Part shown: piece by piece, positions 1 to 13,405 of the stretch
Layout: each line of letters starts with the position of its first letter
Position numbering within the stretch: the stretch's first letter is position 1
Assembly: GCA_008632985.1 (NCBI GenBank)
Contig: QPGO01000162.1
Location: 62,001-126,000, forward strand
DNA from: Psammoneis japonica
Taxonomy: Eukaryota
DNA length: 64,000 bases
Direction of reading: 5' to 3'
Position numbers and translations under genes: made by a program
Notes under the pieces: generated by a model
What the model was told of the DNA's origin: nothing
Databases searched by the model: none
The model's input: the letters and a program-made list of their open reading frames with translations, nothing else

Positions 1-86
1 CATTTTGCAACAATCCAAAAAACCTGTCTGAAAACCACCATGGCGGACCTCGGTTCTTTCCGTTCGCCACAACGCCAAGTCTAGTC

Positions 87-141
87 GTGGGACTACGGAA
101 GTCCTGTGGGACTAAGGAAGTCCTGTGGGAAGTCCTATGGG
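87..141. repeat. Short tandem repeat, ~19-bp unit GTGGGACTA(C/A)GGAAGTCCT, 2 full copies plus truncated copies
   Basis: Read directly from the sequence at 87-141. Confidence 0.8.
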
Positions 142-249
142 AGAATACAAAATTCTGAAAATGCAGCTAGAGTGTGTGCGCCCAAAGCGTGATTTTTGTC
201 ATATAATCAAGGATACGTCATCAAAACATAAATTCAGGGCATTCTAAAA

Positions 250-2900
250 AATGGAGCAGACGAAGCATCTCAAACATCAAAATGAAAAGCGATGTGCAGA
301 GAAACCGAGCACCATGATGTCGTCCTCTACCGGTGCTCCTTCCTCAACTACTCCAGACCACAGGACATCGTCAATCATAAGCAATGGTACAGCCCCAGAA
401 AGCCTTCTTCTTGCGTCTTTACAAATAATGGACGTGGGGCTAGTCGACTCGCATCTTGAATCTGCTTAAGTTGCTGTTGCCTCGGTTTATTGGCATGTTG
501 CTTGGAAGAAGTCTTTCTGTATTTGATAACTCTGTGGCTTCCATGTGCACAGACGCCAGTGACAAAAGCACTGGGAATGCGTGTGCAAGACCGCGGCTCA
601 TCTCAACAAAAAACATTGACAGCTGCAGCTGGCATTTCGCATTCCACAGTCTGGAGACTTGTGCTGTTGTCTGTGGTGTTGCCGACCCTGTATCAGAAAT
701 TAGTTTCGTGGTAGGAAAGTTCTTTATCCAACACAACGAATCAAACGAGAATTGATCACTTGGCCATGGAGAGAAAAAGAAAACTGATTCAAGGCGTACT
801 GACTGTAATTCAACGGACGGTTCCCATTATGAGGTTGACAACTCTTCTAGGTTGCTGGTGCGGTCGTTCCAATTCACCAAGCTTGGCCATGTGCCTTGTT
901 GGATTGAATTACCGTCAAGAAGACCAGATTCCTCCGCTCAATGAACGTATGCGCATCGATGGTGGCTCTATGAGGAGCTTTTGCGCACGTTGCAAGATGT
1001 ATCTCCTTATTCACGAACTTGCTCCTTTCGCTCGTTGAACTCGTGGTGAGTGTTTGCCAGACGTGCTTTGGCCAGAATGCTTTGTATGTTCTCTTATGCC
1101 TTTTTCCCATTGTTATATCTACTCTCAATTACACTATCTTACTAGGGTGACGGATTACGGATTACGTACCATCGTTTCTGAAAAGACGCAGCAAGACCAC
1201 TAACTGTCCTCGGTAGGAACTTTTTTTTTTGTGGATAGATGCAACCTCTACTAGAGAGACCAACCCTCTTACCTCTTCTTTGTCCTTTTATGCTTTGCGT
1301 TCCGCAGCTGCGCACTATGCGAGACGACTCCAATATCCATACCATGCATTACAAATTGTGGGCACTTGTATTGCTACACGTGCTTATGGAATGCCGTCTT
1401 GGATAATCCGCGTTTCAAATACGCACACCTTCTGTAAAGGAAAAGGGCCGTGATCAATAGAACGGAAAAGATACACACGTCGAGACAATTCTTATGTTGA
1501 ACGTGGCTCAGCTCTGTCGGCTGTATCACACGATATCTATTTACGCTATCCCACAGCGTGAGATGTCTACAGTACCAACAGTAATGCATAAGTATGCGAT
1601 ATGAAAGGATAAAACAGTGTCTCCGACCCGCGAGTTTCCGCAACCCCTTCACGGCTTTGGAGTGCTCTTGACATTTGGACAGTTTTTGCCGTTTGCGTTC
1701 CCAAGATACTCACTAGTGCCTCTACCGTTTCTATCTCGAGACCCGCCTTTTGGAATAATTGTCATGGACAACAAACTACCACCCTTGACAGCGCTGCCGT
1801 TTCCTTGTGCTGCTTTGCTGCCGGTATCTCCGTCTTCATTCAGCACTTTGCCAAACAAGTAGCCCGATTTGTCGCAACCATATGGCTAGGACCGCCCAGA
1901 GAAGCTGTGAGAATAGACGCAGGCACCCACAGGCTATGGATCGTTCGAGATGGATGTTTTGTCCTTGCCCCACTGAAGTCGTAAGCCCTTCGTGTGCAAT
2001 AAGTGCCTCCGGTGTATTGAACCAGAGTTGGATGATGGATTGCGTGCAGCGTTTTTTGATACTTGGAAAGCCTATCTAGCTGGAGATCGGATTGTTCAAG
2101 CTCGGCTCAGATGGGAAGTCTAGGTAGCTGGGTGCTCTGGTCGCTAGCTAGAGAGAGGGTAGCCCACGTCTCGGCGAGAACTGCTACGAGTAGTAGGCTG
2201 GTTGAAAGAGCTGTACGTATGAAGGCCTGGAGAAGATTCAAATATATGCCCTCACTCGTCATTAGACTTCATGGCAACCTTTGCCTATTCGGCAGCTTAT
2301 TTCATCTTTCTGAAGAAAGGCAAGAGCGTTGGAGTTGTCTGCCAGATACCAGTTGGTAAGATCTATCTCATAGAAGCCGTCATCGTCGCGGAATTTTCGA
2401 ACGACGCCATCCCATAGAGTGTTGTGACAGCATCACCTGCTGAAAAGAATTGCTCGAATTGCGGCGAAGTTTGCTGCACTTCACGCTTGCTTGTCTCCGG
2501 ACGAAGTCGTCGAAATCCGAATGGCTCCCTCTAGTTGGCAATATGGGGGCTTTGAAAGTTCTTCAGCCTTGGTTGTCTATCCACCCATAAGCGCTGACTA
2601 GAACTATTACCGAAAAAGCTATTTAGCTATGGTGTTTCTGGCGCACTGGCCTCCGTTGTGCCAAATAAAGGTGAGGCTGTAAATTGATTCGGAGAGACTT
2701 GTACTACCCGCATTGTTGCTCAACTTACCTGCTTTCTGTAACCAAAAGGGATTCATATTGTCACTGTGCCTTCTGCTGGCATGATCTGCTACCTTCAGCC
2801 ACAAGATTTTATTTCGTCCACTCAAGGCGGCCACAGGAGAAGACGTGTTGACGGCTTACGGTGAAGGACTCTAGAAGTAGTCTAACAAACGGACGTCTAA
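250..2900 (-). pseudogene. Possible frameshifted coding region of unknown function (pseudogene, or a gene broken by assembly indels); boundaries uncertain
   Basis: Minus strand near 2300-2460 reads FSAGDAVTTLYG and, after a 1-nt shift in a G run, DGVVRKFRDDDGFYEIDLTNWYLADNSNALAFLQ, which looks protein-like. TA and CG content is normal, but there is no long ORF. Confidence 0.3.
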
Positions 2901-3220
2901 TATATTATCATCGTTTACCGCTAATCCAGACAACTGGTTCATCTCGATGAGAATCATTGTCCAGCTAGCTCCATCCAAAAGAGTGAATCGTACGATGGGT
3001 TTCCTCTAGAGACAACCTTCAAGCACATGCACGGGACGGTACCTCTCGCATCACTCACTCGATACGTATAACTCCAACGAATAATAATCACGTTGTTGCA
3101 AGCGTACCGTAACCGTGTAGGATAGGAACAGCTCGCCCATTCCGTACTGTGGGCGAACAGCGCCGAAAGTGGTCCAGCGCGTTTCGACCCCAAGAGACCC
3201 AGATGAATCGACGCATGGTC

Positions 3221-5026
3221 TCAACCAAAGTGCCGATTGAAACTTGATGAAACATCCTTGCGGTTTTCACTCTGGACTAACGAGTAAACATAAAACCTGA
3301 GATTGACCCAGGCATTCCAAGGTATGGCTAGAACTGGTCCGAGAGCAAAAGATGCAAGAATTACTCTCGACGGACCAACGCGGTCGGCGAATTGAGCGAT
3401 TTTGCTAACCAACTCGGCGACGTGATTCATTGTAGGATTAATAAGAAGCTGAAGCGCAACACCAGGGACAAGCCACCTTTTGAAGAACGGTTTTGGAACC
3501 AATGTCCAATTACTATCAAGTTCGCCGGTGAAAAAGGTAATAAAGACGTCAAGAAAGCAGATTGCTTGAACCAAAATAACAAAGAGGGCAACGAGAAAGC
3601 GTACGAGTTCGCTCCAGATTCTGAACAATGAACCCGATTTCAATTCAGTTTCAGCCAGATTTGGACTCAAAAGTGATAACATCATGTCGCTCAATTTCAT
3701 CTGCTCCATCTTGCCTGATATGTAGGGTGCAAAAATTGACTGTGCAATCTCTAACAACACGCACGCGATCTTTATCATCTTCCATCGGACGGAAAACTGG
3801 GTGTTAGGCTTCAGAAGAAGAGTCCAATTTTCACGCTCTCTTCTTCGAATTTCTTGCCTGACTTCGTTTGCTTCTCTTCTCATTGAAGATGAGATTACAT
3901 TATTCCTTCCCGCTCTCCTTTTGCACCTCCTAGGACGCGGGCGTTCAGTGCTCTCCGCGTTCTCCAATGGGCGTTCATCCCACTTCACCTGGCATTCCCT
4001 GTCCTCCCTAAACTTTTCTTGAATTCGAAGGATTGCATTGACTTGCCGGTTTTGGTCTACAATTTTGTGTATAACAGCACTCCAGGCTCTACTTGCCCTT
4101 CGTTTTCTTCTTCGCAGAATCCACTTTCTCGCCAAATCTTGTAAGTCGTCTCTCAGCTTGTCAAGCGTACCAAGTAGTGGTGCTAAGAACTTGACCCATC
4201 TGATCGTTAAAAAGATTTGAGAGAGACAGAGTCGAAGCCGCCATGGCCGAGTAAAAGCAACCTTTGCTATTCGTCTTGCAACAATTACTTTCAGCTCGTG
4301 AACTACTTGCGCGGCCAAGGATTTCATTCGTTGAAGAAGTCTTATCAGTACAACGTCAATGAAGCTCGTCACTCTTGAAGTATCTGGGTAGCACTCAAGC
4401 CGTGAGTTTCCGGTCGGAGAATTTCTAGATCGATTGTAGTTGAACGAAAGCTTCCACCGTCGCTTTTTGCGTCCTTGTACAAGGTTTGTTGAGTATGGGA
4501 AGTCCGGATATGTGGGAATCCAACGCCGCCAGGGCTTGACTCGCTGCTTGTCGACTGCAAGGCGACTCCAGTCACTCGACGCGAGAGGAAGGCACAGGAG
4601 CCGAACAGCTAATATGCTTATGAATAACAGGAGCAAGATTAGGTTGTGCAGGCATCGAGTTTCCGTACTTTCTCTATCATTTTTCTGGATGTTCGTTCCT
4701 CTGTGCGTCTCTTGATAATATCTGTGCAAATATGAAAATGCGCCATTCCAAGAGTCAACAATCGCGTCGACAAATAGCACAATCAAAAAGACTCTGTTGA
4801 ATGCTACTCTCCAGTCTGTTTCATACTGGCAGTCTCTGCCGCTGCACCTTTGATTTTGAGCAAAACCATTCGTACTCTTTTGCAGCTCATCATCATCGCT
4901 CGCTCGTATGCAGTTCTCGAGCCCATTCTTATTCCAATAAAAGCACGTACAAAGTTCTAGAAACGCCAAAGTTGCAACCACATATTTCCACACCTTTAAC
5001 AACGGCAAAGAATTGTTCCATGTCAT
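3221..5026 (-). CDS. Hypothetical multi-pass membrane protein (601 aa); C-terminal part loosely resembles the first TM helices of ion-transport proteins
   Basis: Uninterrupted 601-aa ORF with several hydrophobic helices, an IQ-like stretch (AILRIQEKFRE) and the segment LLKPNTQFSVRWK...LDVFITFFTGELD. Confidence 0.65.
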   Translation of the reverse strand: MTWNNSLPLLKVWKYVVATLAFLELCTCFYWNKNGLENCIRASDDDELQKSTNGFAQNQRCSGRDCQYETDWRVAFNRVFLIVLFVDAIVDSWNGAFSYLHRYYQETHRGTNIQKNDRESTETRCLHNLILLLLFISILAVRLLCLPLASSDWSRLAVDKQRVKPWRRWIPTYPDFPYSTNLVQGRKKRRWKLSFNYNRSRNSPTGNSRLECYPDTSRVTSFIDVVLIRLLQRMKSLAAQVVHELKVIVARRIAKVAFTRPWRLRLCLSQIFLTIRWVKFLAPLLGTLDKLRDDLQDLARKWILRRRKRRASRAWSAVIHKIVDQNRQVNAILRIQEKFREDRECQVKWDERPLENAESTERPRPRRCKRRAGRNNVISSSMRREANEVRQEIRRRERENWTLLLKPNTQFSVRWKMIKIACVLLEIAQSIFAPYISGKMEQMKLSDMMLSLLSPNLAETELKSGSLFRIWSELVRFLVALFVILVQAICFLDVFITFFTGELDSNWTLVPKPFFKRWLVPGVALQLLINPTMNHVAELVSKIAQFADRVGPSRVILASFALGPVLAIPWNAWVNLRFYVYSLVQSENRKDVSSSFNRHFG

Positions 5027-5760
5027 TCTTTCAAATCTAGCTCAAGCCTCAAGCTCATACTCGAGACGTAGTGGACTTGGTCAAGACGGTCTAACCTTGC
5101 GAGAGGCGTCGCCTTGAGAGAGTGAGTGAGAGAGAGAAAGTCTGTTCGTTCGTTCTCTGAGAGAGATAGGGGGAGAAGAAAATTGAGCATCTCCCGGTAA
5201 TGCACCACCGACCACCGCCAAAAGCGAGAAAAGTGTGATAAAAGTGACACCGAACCGTGAGTAAGTGAGCCTGTGGAATGGCAACCATGACACCCGACAC
5301 CCGCACCAGTGATGCGATGTCAGTGAGGTTGAAGGTGTGCAGTGATGGCCCAATACTGTAGACCTCTAGTCTAGTAGCTAGAGTAGGAGTATTTCATGAG
5401 CCGGCGCAAGCAAGGCAAGAGACTGGACAAAGAGACGTCGTGCGCGCACAGACAACGGCAGAGTTGAAGTTACAAAATAGTGGAGGGAATTTCTTCTCTG
5501 TCAGACACACAAGCTATCTGACAGGGATCGTGAAAGTTCAACTTGGCCGCGTGCGTAGAGTTTATACTGGAGATGTACATACGATGAAAGATACTGCGCG
5601 CATTCGTCACGCAAGCGACTTCAACTCGTTGATTTCTTCCCCGCTCTCACGAAATTTGCGGTCAGGAGGAACCTGCGTTGACGTTGAGACCATCGTGCCG
5701 TCAAGTTCTGGTATTTCTTGGGCCATGGGGGAAGCACGACCATATAATGTTCAATCGAAG

Positions 5761-8465
5761 ATGATTTTCATATTCATTTCGGCCATCTGCTCTTTGTCGG
5801 CTGTAAGTTTTTGTGTCTGGAAACATTTTCACACACTTGCTTTTGCTTGTGTGCTTCTGGGTTCCACGTGTGATGCTCAACCATGGATAAGGAATAGCAA
5901 TATGTGACGTCTTTGAAAATTTGCGTTTTGATCCTCTTTACGCTCAATATTTTTTATTGAATGATGTTAAAACACAGGTGCACTCGACTCTTGCGTTCAC
6001 GTTTGTTCATCCCAGTCAAGCGGGAATTCGGTATAGACGAAATGTCGCGAACACTTTTATGAGCGCCGTCTCTGATGAAACGGCAGAAGATCGCGCCAGA
6101 GCCGCAATGGAAGCCGAAGAAGCTTTGGAATCCATACATGGATCTGAAGCTATCGGTATCAAAGATAATAAGCAGATGGACCTGGGTGGACGCCCGTACC
6201 CACTGTCCATGGTTGTTGGGCAGGACGAGATTAAGCAAGCTTTGCTTCTGTCAGCTGTAAACCACCGCATGGGTGGCGTGGTTATTTCGGGCGGAAAAGG
6301 AACAGCAAAATCTGTTATGGCCCGTGCTGTTCATCAGCTTCTCCCGCCAATAGAGGTTATCAAGGGATCCGCCTTCAACATTGATCCCGCCGGTGAGTAT
6401 GGGCTTGACGATTTTCTCAAAACTGATTTGTCCAATGGTGGAAAGCCTCTCGAAGAGAGAGAAACCGAAATTATCAATCCTCCGTTTGTTCAGGTTCCGT
6501 TGAATGTAATGGAAGACCGTCTTATTGGAAGTGCTGATTTGGAGGAGAGTGTGAAAACCGGAAAGACTGTTTTCTCGCCTGGACTACTTGCCAAGGCACA
6601 CCGTGGGGTACTTTACGTTGACGACATCAATCTTCTCGACGAAGAGACAGCCAACATTCTTTTGAATGTGGTCACGGAAGGATATGTCACAGTCGAGCGT
6701 GAAGGACTTTCCCTCCGTTACCCCTGCCGCCCGCTCTTGATAGCCACTTTTAATCCTGACGAGGGTGAGCTGCGTGACCACCTATTGGACCGGATCGCCG
6801 TCGCGCTTTCTGCGGATGCCAAACCGCTTGACCTTGGGCAGCGTGTTGAAGCGGTCGAAAGTGTGCTTGATTTCAGCGCCTCTGGTCCTCAGAAATCGGA
6901 AAAGGCGGAGACTGCACTTAGACAGGCCATCGAAAATGAGGACGACCTCAAGACGGCTATTGTTTTCGCTCGAGAATACATTCGCGATGTCAAAATCGCA
7001 CCATCTCAACTTCAGTATCTTTGTGAAGAAGCCATTCGCTCTGGTTGTCAAGGTCACCGAGCAGAGATCTTTGCCGCCGAGGTTGCCCGCGCCAGCGCTG
7101 CGCTCGAAGGCCGTCAGATCACCAGTGACGATCTGAAGCTCGCCGTTAAGCTTGCCATCGCTCCCCGAGGAACGTTTGTTAACACTCCTATGGACGATCA
7201 AGATGATATGATTCCTCCACCACCTCCACCACCACCACCGCCGCCGCAGATGGACGAGCAGAACCAAGATCAAGACGACCAAGACGAGGAGCAGGAAGAA
7301 CAGGAAGAACCTGATGAAGATGACGACAGGGAAGACCAGGCTCCTGATGTCCCCGATGTTCCGCAGGAGTTTATGTTCGACGTTGATTCAACCCCTATGG
7401 ATCCAGACCTTATTGATTTTGCTAACAGACAAAGAAATGGAAAAGGCGGTGGCCGTGGTTTGGTTTTCTCGCAGGATCGTGGTCGCTACATTAAGCCGAT
7501 GCTTCCCAAGGGCAAGGTGACAAGGCTGGCAGGTACGTCCATTCATGTCGTATTGGGAGTATGGTTTATGCCTTCGTTGTATATCTCATTTTGTGATCTT
7601 GTGCCGCTTCTATTTCAGTTGATGCGACACTGCGAGCTTCTGCGCCATACCAAAAATCACGTCGCGCCAGAGCCGTGGGAACGAAGTACGAAGATCGAGG
7701 TGTGCACATTGAGCAGTCGGATGTGAGAATCAAAAAGATGGCACGGAAAGCCGGATCTCTGATCATTTTCGTAGTGGATGCGTCAGGATCCATGGCCCTC
7801 AATAGAATGAACGCAGCGAAGGGCGCCGCAATGAGTCTATTGACTGAAGCGTACCAAAGTCGAGACAAGATCTGCCTCATCCCGTTCCAGGGTGAGATGG
7901 CTGACGTGCTTCTCCCTCCGACTAAATCGATTGCAATGGCGAAGAAGAGGCTGGAACAGATGCCATGTGGTGGAGGATCGCCACTTGCGCATGCGCTTCA
8001 GGTTAGTCGCGAATTTCCGTATCGAGCCCATAAATTACTAGTCCACTCATTCGCGCGTTTCCGTTTTTGCGTTTGCAGACGGCTTTGCTGACAGGTATCA
8101 ACGAGCAAAAGAGCGGTGATGTCGGAAAGGTTGTCACAGTTTTAATTTCGGATGGTCGAGCGAATGTGCCTCTCTGTACATCAATGGGCGAGGAGTTCGA
8201 CCCCGAAGCCGACGAGGATAGCAAGGACGGTAAGCCCAGTAGGAGCTATCTCAAGGAGGAAGTCCTTGCGTGCGCAAAACAGCTCGGAGCGACTCCCGAT
8301 TTTAATTTACTTTGTATCGATACCGAGAACAAATTTATTTCCACTGGCCTTGCCAAGGAAATTGCAGATGCTGCAGTTGGACGTTACCATCAAATTTCAA
8401 AGGCTGATGGCAACGCTATTGCAAGCGTGACAAATAATGCGTTGAATGAAATAAAAGCTGGATGA
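5761..8465 (+). CDS. chlD: Magnesium chelatase subunit D, plastid-targeted; exons 5761-5802, 5978-7532, 7619-8001, 8079-8465
   Basis: AAA+ domain ([34 protein letters not shown]), Pro-rich/acidic linker and vWA MIDAS motif (FVVDASGSM). Three GT-AG introns join in frame. The signal peptide [21 protein letters not shown] spans intron 1. Confidence 0.95.
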
Positions 8466-8525
8466 GAGTCAAACCTAATCTACAAAATATCATCCACGGG
8501 ATTTATAATGGTCTCTTATTTGTGA

Positions 8526-8795
8526 CATTTTTGCAACATAATACTGTGTTCCGCCAGCCGTATTATTTCCATTCGATCCTTTACATTCATAAAGGGACCT
8601 ACGGCTGTGGCACGAATTGTACAAGCAGCCGTCGAAAAGCAAGCGCTCGTGGTGTTTACCTTGGTGGATCCAACGTTGCGCAATTATGTGGTGGAAACAT
8701 GTGAATCCAGCAATGTGCCCGTCATTGACTTGTTGGGACCCATCTTGATGGCTCTGTCCAATTGTTTGCAAGCGACTCCTGTTGGAATACCACGG
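8526..8795 (+). pseudogene. Internal fragment of PPDK/PEP-synthase regulatory protein (DUF299 kinase-pyrophosphorylase)
   Basis: VVFTLVDPTLRNYVVETCESSNVPVIDLLGPILMALSNCLQATPVGIPR matches the middle of DUF299 proteins. There is an upstream in-frame stop, no start codon, and no N- or C-terminal motifs. Confidence 0.7.
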
Positions 8796-8880
8796 TTAGA
8801 GAACATGATTATTGGTGCAGGTGCCTGTAGAAACTTTTGTGTAGTAATGTGTCTCCTCTTTACAACAAGTCACGCTATTC

Positions 8881-8905
8881 CACACACACACACACACACA
8901 CACAC
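8881..8905. repeat. (CA)n microsatellite
   Basis: About 12 CA units. Confidence 0.95.
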
Positions 8906-11255
8906 TACCCACTGTACACCTGCCGTGCGCTATGTCCTCATCACTACGACAAAAATTTAATGTCGGGTCTCTTATTCCGCAACACAGTCAGGTTTTCAGC
9001 CGACAGCAGATCAGTTCTAAGTCAACTAAGATTGCATCGGCTTTGAACAAGATTGACAATGAACTGTTGAGGCAATGGTCCTGCAACACCTTGTTGCAGG
9101 TGTTTGAGTCGAACAGCTTGAAAAAAGATGGACACCAACAAAGACCCAGAAGAGTTCAACAACATGGATCTGCATGCATTGGCAAACAGAAGAAAGCTGA
9201 GCATGACTGTGACAATCTTTCAGGCGTTTGCCAACATGACACCAGTGATGCCCAATCATGTGCACCTTGGTCACCTCATTCAAGCTACGACCACAGATCA
9301 ACTGATGGTGTGCACCAAAGATGCCAACACGACAGCACTCATTGACCAATGTGGGTGGGTGATTGCAATGACAGAAAATGGTTCTTTCAAACATGAGTTG
9401 AAAAAACATTCCCCATGCACACTGCAATGCCAGCTCTGGAGAAGTCTTGGCAAAAGAAAGAATGGTCATTGTGAAGTTGAGTGGGATTGCTCTCACACAT
9501 TTCTTTCTTTTTTCTAAATTGTCGGACAGAGTGGAATTCTTTCCTTGATCACCACTTCCCAACAACAGTGCAAATTGCACATTGAACTCTGTCATTTGGT
9601 GAGTTGGTCATGACCAACCGATTCTTTTTAGTTGCTTCACCAAAATGGATCATGGCATCAGAGATGATGCCTCTTTTAACACACAATTCTTCCGAAGATT
9701 TGTCAGTTGCCCCACAAATCAATGAACCAGAAACTCCATTCAATCCCATCACAAGTTGCGATCCTTCTCTCAAGATCTTCTCTTGAAAGTGCAACAATGC
9801 CACAACACAAGTGTGGGCTCTGCCACACAGGAAGAATGTTGGCCAACCCCTGTTTGTCCCTGCAATTGGATTTTGACTTGAGATGATGAGCCTGGACCCT
9901 TTCCGTGTGCTTGATGGCTTGCATGTCTTGATGCATGTGGGGCCAGAATTAGAACATCTTTGACCAGTCAGTGTTTGACAACAATCATGTGCTCTCAACA
10001 AGTGCTCCCACAGCATCATTGTCAAAGGGTCTTTGACAACAATCAAGCCAACATTCCAAATGTGAGCAACAGTGCACTTGAGGAAATTTTGTCTTGCAGT
10101 GCATGTGATCTTGACACAATTAATTTTGTGTGTGTTGACAAGCTGCTGACAATTTGATTTGTTGCACATGCTGCAATTGGGGCTGCCCTGCATGTTCCTC
10201 TCACTCTCTGCTGCCCACTCTCTTCTCTTTGCATTGTCACCTCTTTTTGTTCTGCCTTGGTCTTTTTCCATCTTCACTGCACCTTGTTTTTGTTTTTGGC
10301 TGTTCTGGCATCATGTCATGCTCCAGCCAGTGTCCATGCTCCACTCAGTGCTCTGACCCCATCGTTCATTGTTTGACAAGAGCCAGACCCCACTGTGCAT
10401 GTCATTTCATTGTTTGAGCAGGGGCCTGCCAGAAGAAAAGGGCACCTGGGAGTTGTGTGCATTGTGTGTTTTTGGGTGTGAAACAGCTTCACAATGTTGC
10501 TGCTTGTGCTCACCTTTCTTGTGCAATGATGTAGCATCGATTTTCTTTCAGGCTCAGTGTGCATGTCAACTTGGCTGGCTGTCAAGGATAGGCTGCAAAA
10601 GCATTGATTTTTCCTGCTGCTGTGAAAACTGCTTGCACTCATGGCACCACACTTCCTGCCTCTTGGTGCCTTTTCACCTTCCTTGCTTGTCTTTTTTTGG
10701 CTGTGCACAGTCATTGGCTCTGCTGTTGCCTTTCTCTGATGCCTGCATTGCACAGGATGCTGGGGTGCTTCCTGTGTTTTGCAAGCTGTGTGTGGCAACA
10801 ATGGCGTGTTTTTTTGTCATGATGCCAAGCCAGTCAGTCTGGCAATCACAGTCTGTGTCATTTTGCAAGTGGCAGTCATTTTTGGAAAGCCAATTGTGTG
10901 CATTTTCCAAGGCTTGAACAGCTTGAAACAGCTTCAATAAATTGCACAATTGGCCCTCATTGTCAAGGCATCCTGCTCATGAATTGTTGCTCATTTGGAA
11001 GCTGGGTGCACAGCATTGTTTAAATCACATGCAGCACATCTGTGTTTGAAGAAGCTTTCTTGTGTCTCAGTTTTTGCAATCTTGACCAGTTCTTGTCAAG
11101 ATTGAAATTTTTGCTGCATTCTTTGTGCTGGTCCAGCATGTGCCACTCAGCTGCTTTCATGGCTGATCTTTGCAGCCAACCCACATGTGCACAGTGGTGC
11201 CCACAAACCCAACAGCTGCAAGCTGAGGTTGCCAGAAGCATGTGGCAGGCAATGC

Positions 11256-11856
11256 TTCAAGAGCTGTTGTTGGGGTGGCTGTAAATTTGATCTTGTTGTG
11301 TTGTGGCCCATGTCACCTTGTGTTCCCAACAGCAGCAGAGACTTGAATTTCTGAACTCCAGATTGAGAACAAGGGGTCCCACAGCAACTCCAACCAACCC
11401 AACAACTGCACCAGCAGAGGGCACTGGCAGCATCTGATAGACCCAGAACAAGCCTTCAAGAACTGTTGTTGGGCTTTGCCAGGTTGATCTTGTGGCGTTG
11501 TGTCATGCTGTCCCCAACAGCAGCACACTTGACTTGGCCAAATCCAAAGTGCAAGGATCCCATCATGGTGCTAACCAAAATCTGACAACTGCCAGGATCA
11601 GAGGGTGTTGGCAGTTTTTGATGAGCCTCAGGTGAGATTTTAAGAGCTGTTGCTGGGCATTGCAAGGTTGATCTTGTGGCATTGTGTCCCCAGATCATGT
11701 TGTCCCCAACAGCAGCATGCTTGACTTGGCCAAATCCAAGGTGCAAGGATCCCATCATGGTGCCAACCAAAATCTGACAAGAGCTGCCAGCAGAGGGCAT
11801 TGGTGGTTGTTGGTCAACCCCAGACAGCACTTTAAGAGCTGTGGCTGGGCAATGCA
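11256..11856. repeat. Degenerate tandem repeat, ~185-200-bp unit, ~3.2 copies
   Basis: AAGAGCTGTTG..GGG...GTTGATCTTGT...CCCAACAGCAGCA recurs at ~11259, 11458, 11642 and 11834. Confidence 0.8.
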
Positions 11857-13405
11857 AGTGCATCATGTGGTCATTTCTGTGTTGTGCAGTTCCATCCCAA
11901 TGATCTCGTGCATCAACTTTTGGGTGATGCCACCTCTAATGCCGCATGTGCCCATGCTGCTGAATGTGGCCACCTGTGCAAATGCCATCAATTCCAGTGC
12001 CAAAAGCAGCATGCTCCAACATGCCACTGGAGCTGATGACACAACAAGCATCAACTGTGGAGTCACAGCAGCTCTGCTTTGCCCAGTTGACAAAAATGAC
12101 AATTAACAAAAAGCACTCAATGGCCTTAAGTTCAACATCTGGCAGGAAAGAATCATTTGCCATTGTTTGACAGCACTCTTTGTGTGATCCCCAAACACAA
12201 ACTGTTGTCACATGTGTGAATGAACACAATGAAAATTGAGAATTAAACAGCTGAACAAGCGTGAAAAAACTGTTTGCAAAAATTTCCATTGCATTGCAAT
12301 GCTTTCAACACATTGAAAATGGAAACTCATGAGAAATGAGTGGTTTGGGTGCACTGTGGCAGGTCTTGTTAGTGTGCCAAAACATGCGCAAATGAGAGAA
12401 ACATTGCTCTGGCTCCAGCTTTGATTTGATGGCATTTGGAGCTCTTGCTCCATGCAGCCAGTGAATTTGCTGCTGTTTTGTTGTGACAGAGATGTGGCAA
12501 CACAGTCTGAGACAGTGGTGTGGCAACCCCAAAGATCATGAATTTTGTCAGAGAGGTGCATTTTGAGAATTTGATGTCAGTGCTCACCAGCTCTGTCATG
12601 CTGAGAGCAACACAGCTCCCACAGCACATGCAAGTGCTCTTGAGCTTCTTCTTAGAATCTGCCACTTGCTGAGTCATGGCTGTGCAGGAGGGGGGCAATC
12701 TCCTCTCATCTGCTGCTTTTCAGTCCACGGCTTTCCACATTTGGAAGTTCAAGTTCACTCCAGCTGTCACAACAAAACAGCAGCAAATTCACTGGCTGCT
12801 TGGAGCAAGAGCTCCAAATGCCATCAAATCAAAGCTGGAGCCAGAACAATGTCTCTCTCATTTGCGCATGTTTTCTTGGCACACTAACGAGACCTGCCGC
12901 AGTGCACCCAAACCACTCATTTCTCATGATTTTCCATTTTCAATGTGCCAAAAGCATTGCAATGCAATTGAAATTTTTGCAAGCAGTTTTTTCACACTTG
13001 TTCAGCTGTTTGATTCTCAATTTTCATTGTGTTCATTCACACATGTGACAACAGTTTGTGTTTGGGGATCACACAAAGAGTGCTGTCAAACAATGACAAA
13101 TGATTCTTTCCCACCAGACATTGAACTTAAAGCCATTGAGTTCATTTGTTAATTGTCATTTTTGTCAACTGGGCAAAGCAGAGCTGCTGTGACTCCACAG
13201 TTGATGCTTGTTGCTTGTTGTGTCATCAGCTCCAGCGGCATGTTGGAGCATGCTGCTTTTGGCACTGGAGTTGATGGCATGTGCACAGGTGGCCACATTC
13301 AGCAGCATGGGCACATGCAGCATTAAAGATGGCATCACCCAAAAGTTGATGCACAAGATCATTGGAACGGATCTGCACAACACAGAAGTGACCACATGAT
13401 GCACT
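11857..13405. repeat. Long inverted repeat: arms 11857-12489 and 12764-13405 (~630 bp), spacer ~275 bp
   Basis: The right arm is the reverse complement of the left. The ORF track gives near-identical peptides on opposite strands (e.g. MEQELQMPSNQSWSQ). Confidence 0.92.

Noticed and set aside
5440..5907. 155-aa ORF upstream of chlD as a separate gene
   Set aside because: It contains the chlD signal-peptide exon and reads on into intron 1.
8881..8905. (CA)n tract as a converted (TA)n microsatellite
   Set aside because: Two-strand conversion would give mixed CA/TG, not pure CA, and the flanks keep TA.
8942..8956. CACTACGACAAAAA as a CACTA-type terminal inverted repeat
   Set aside because: No matching inverted copy was found at the other end of the block.
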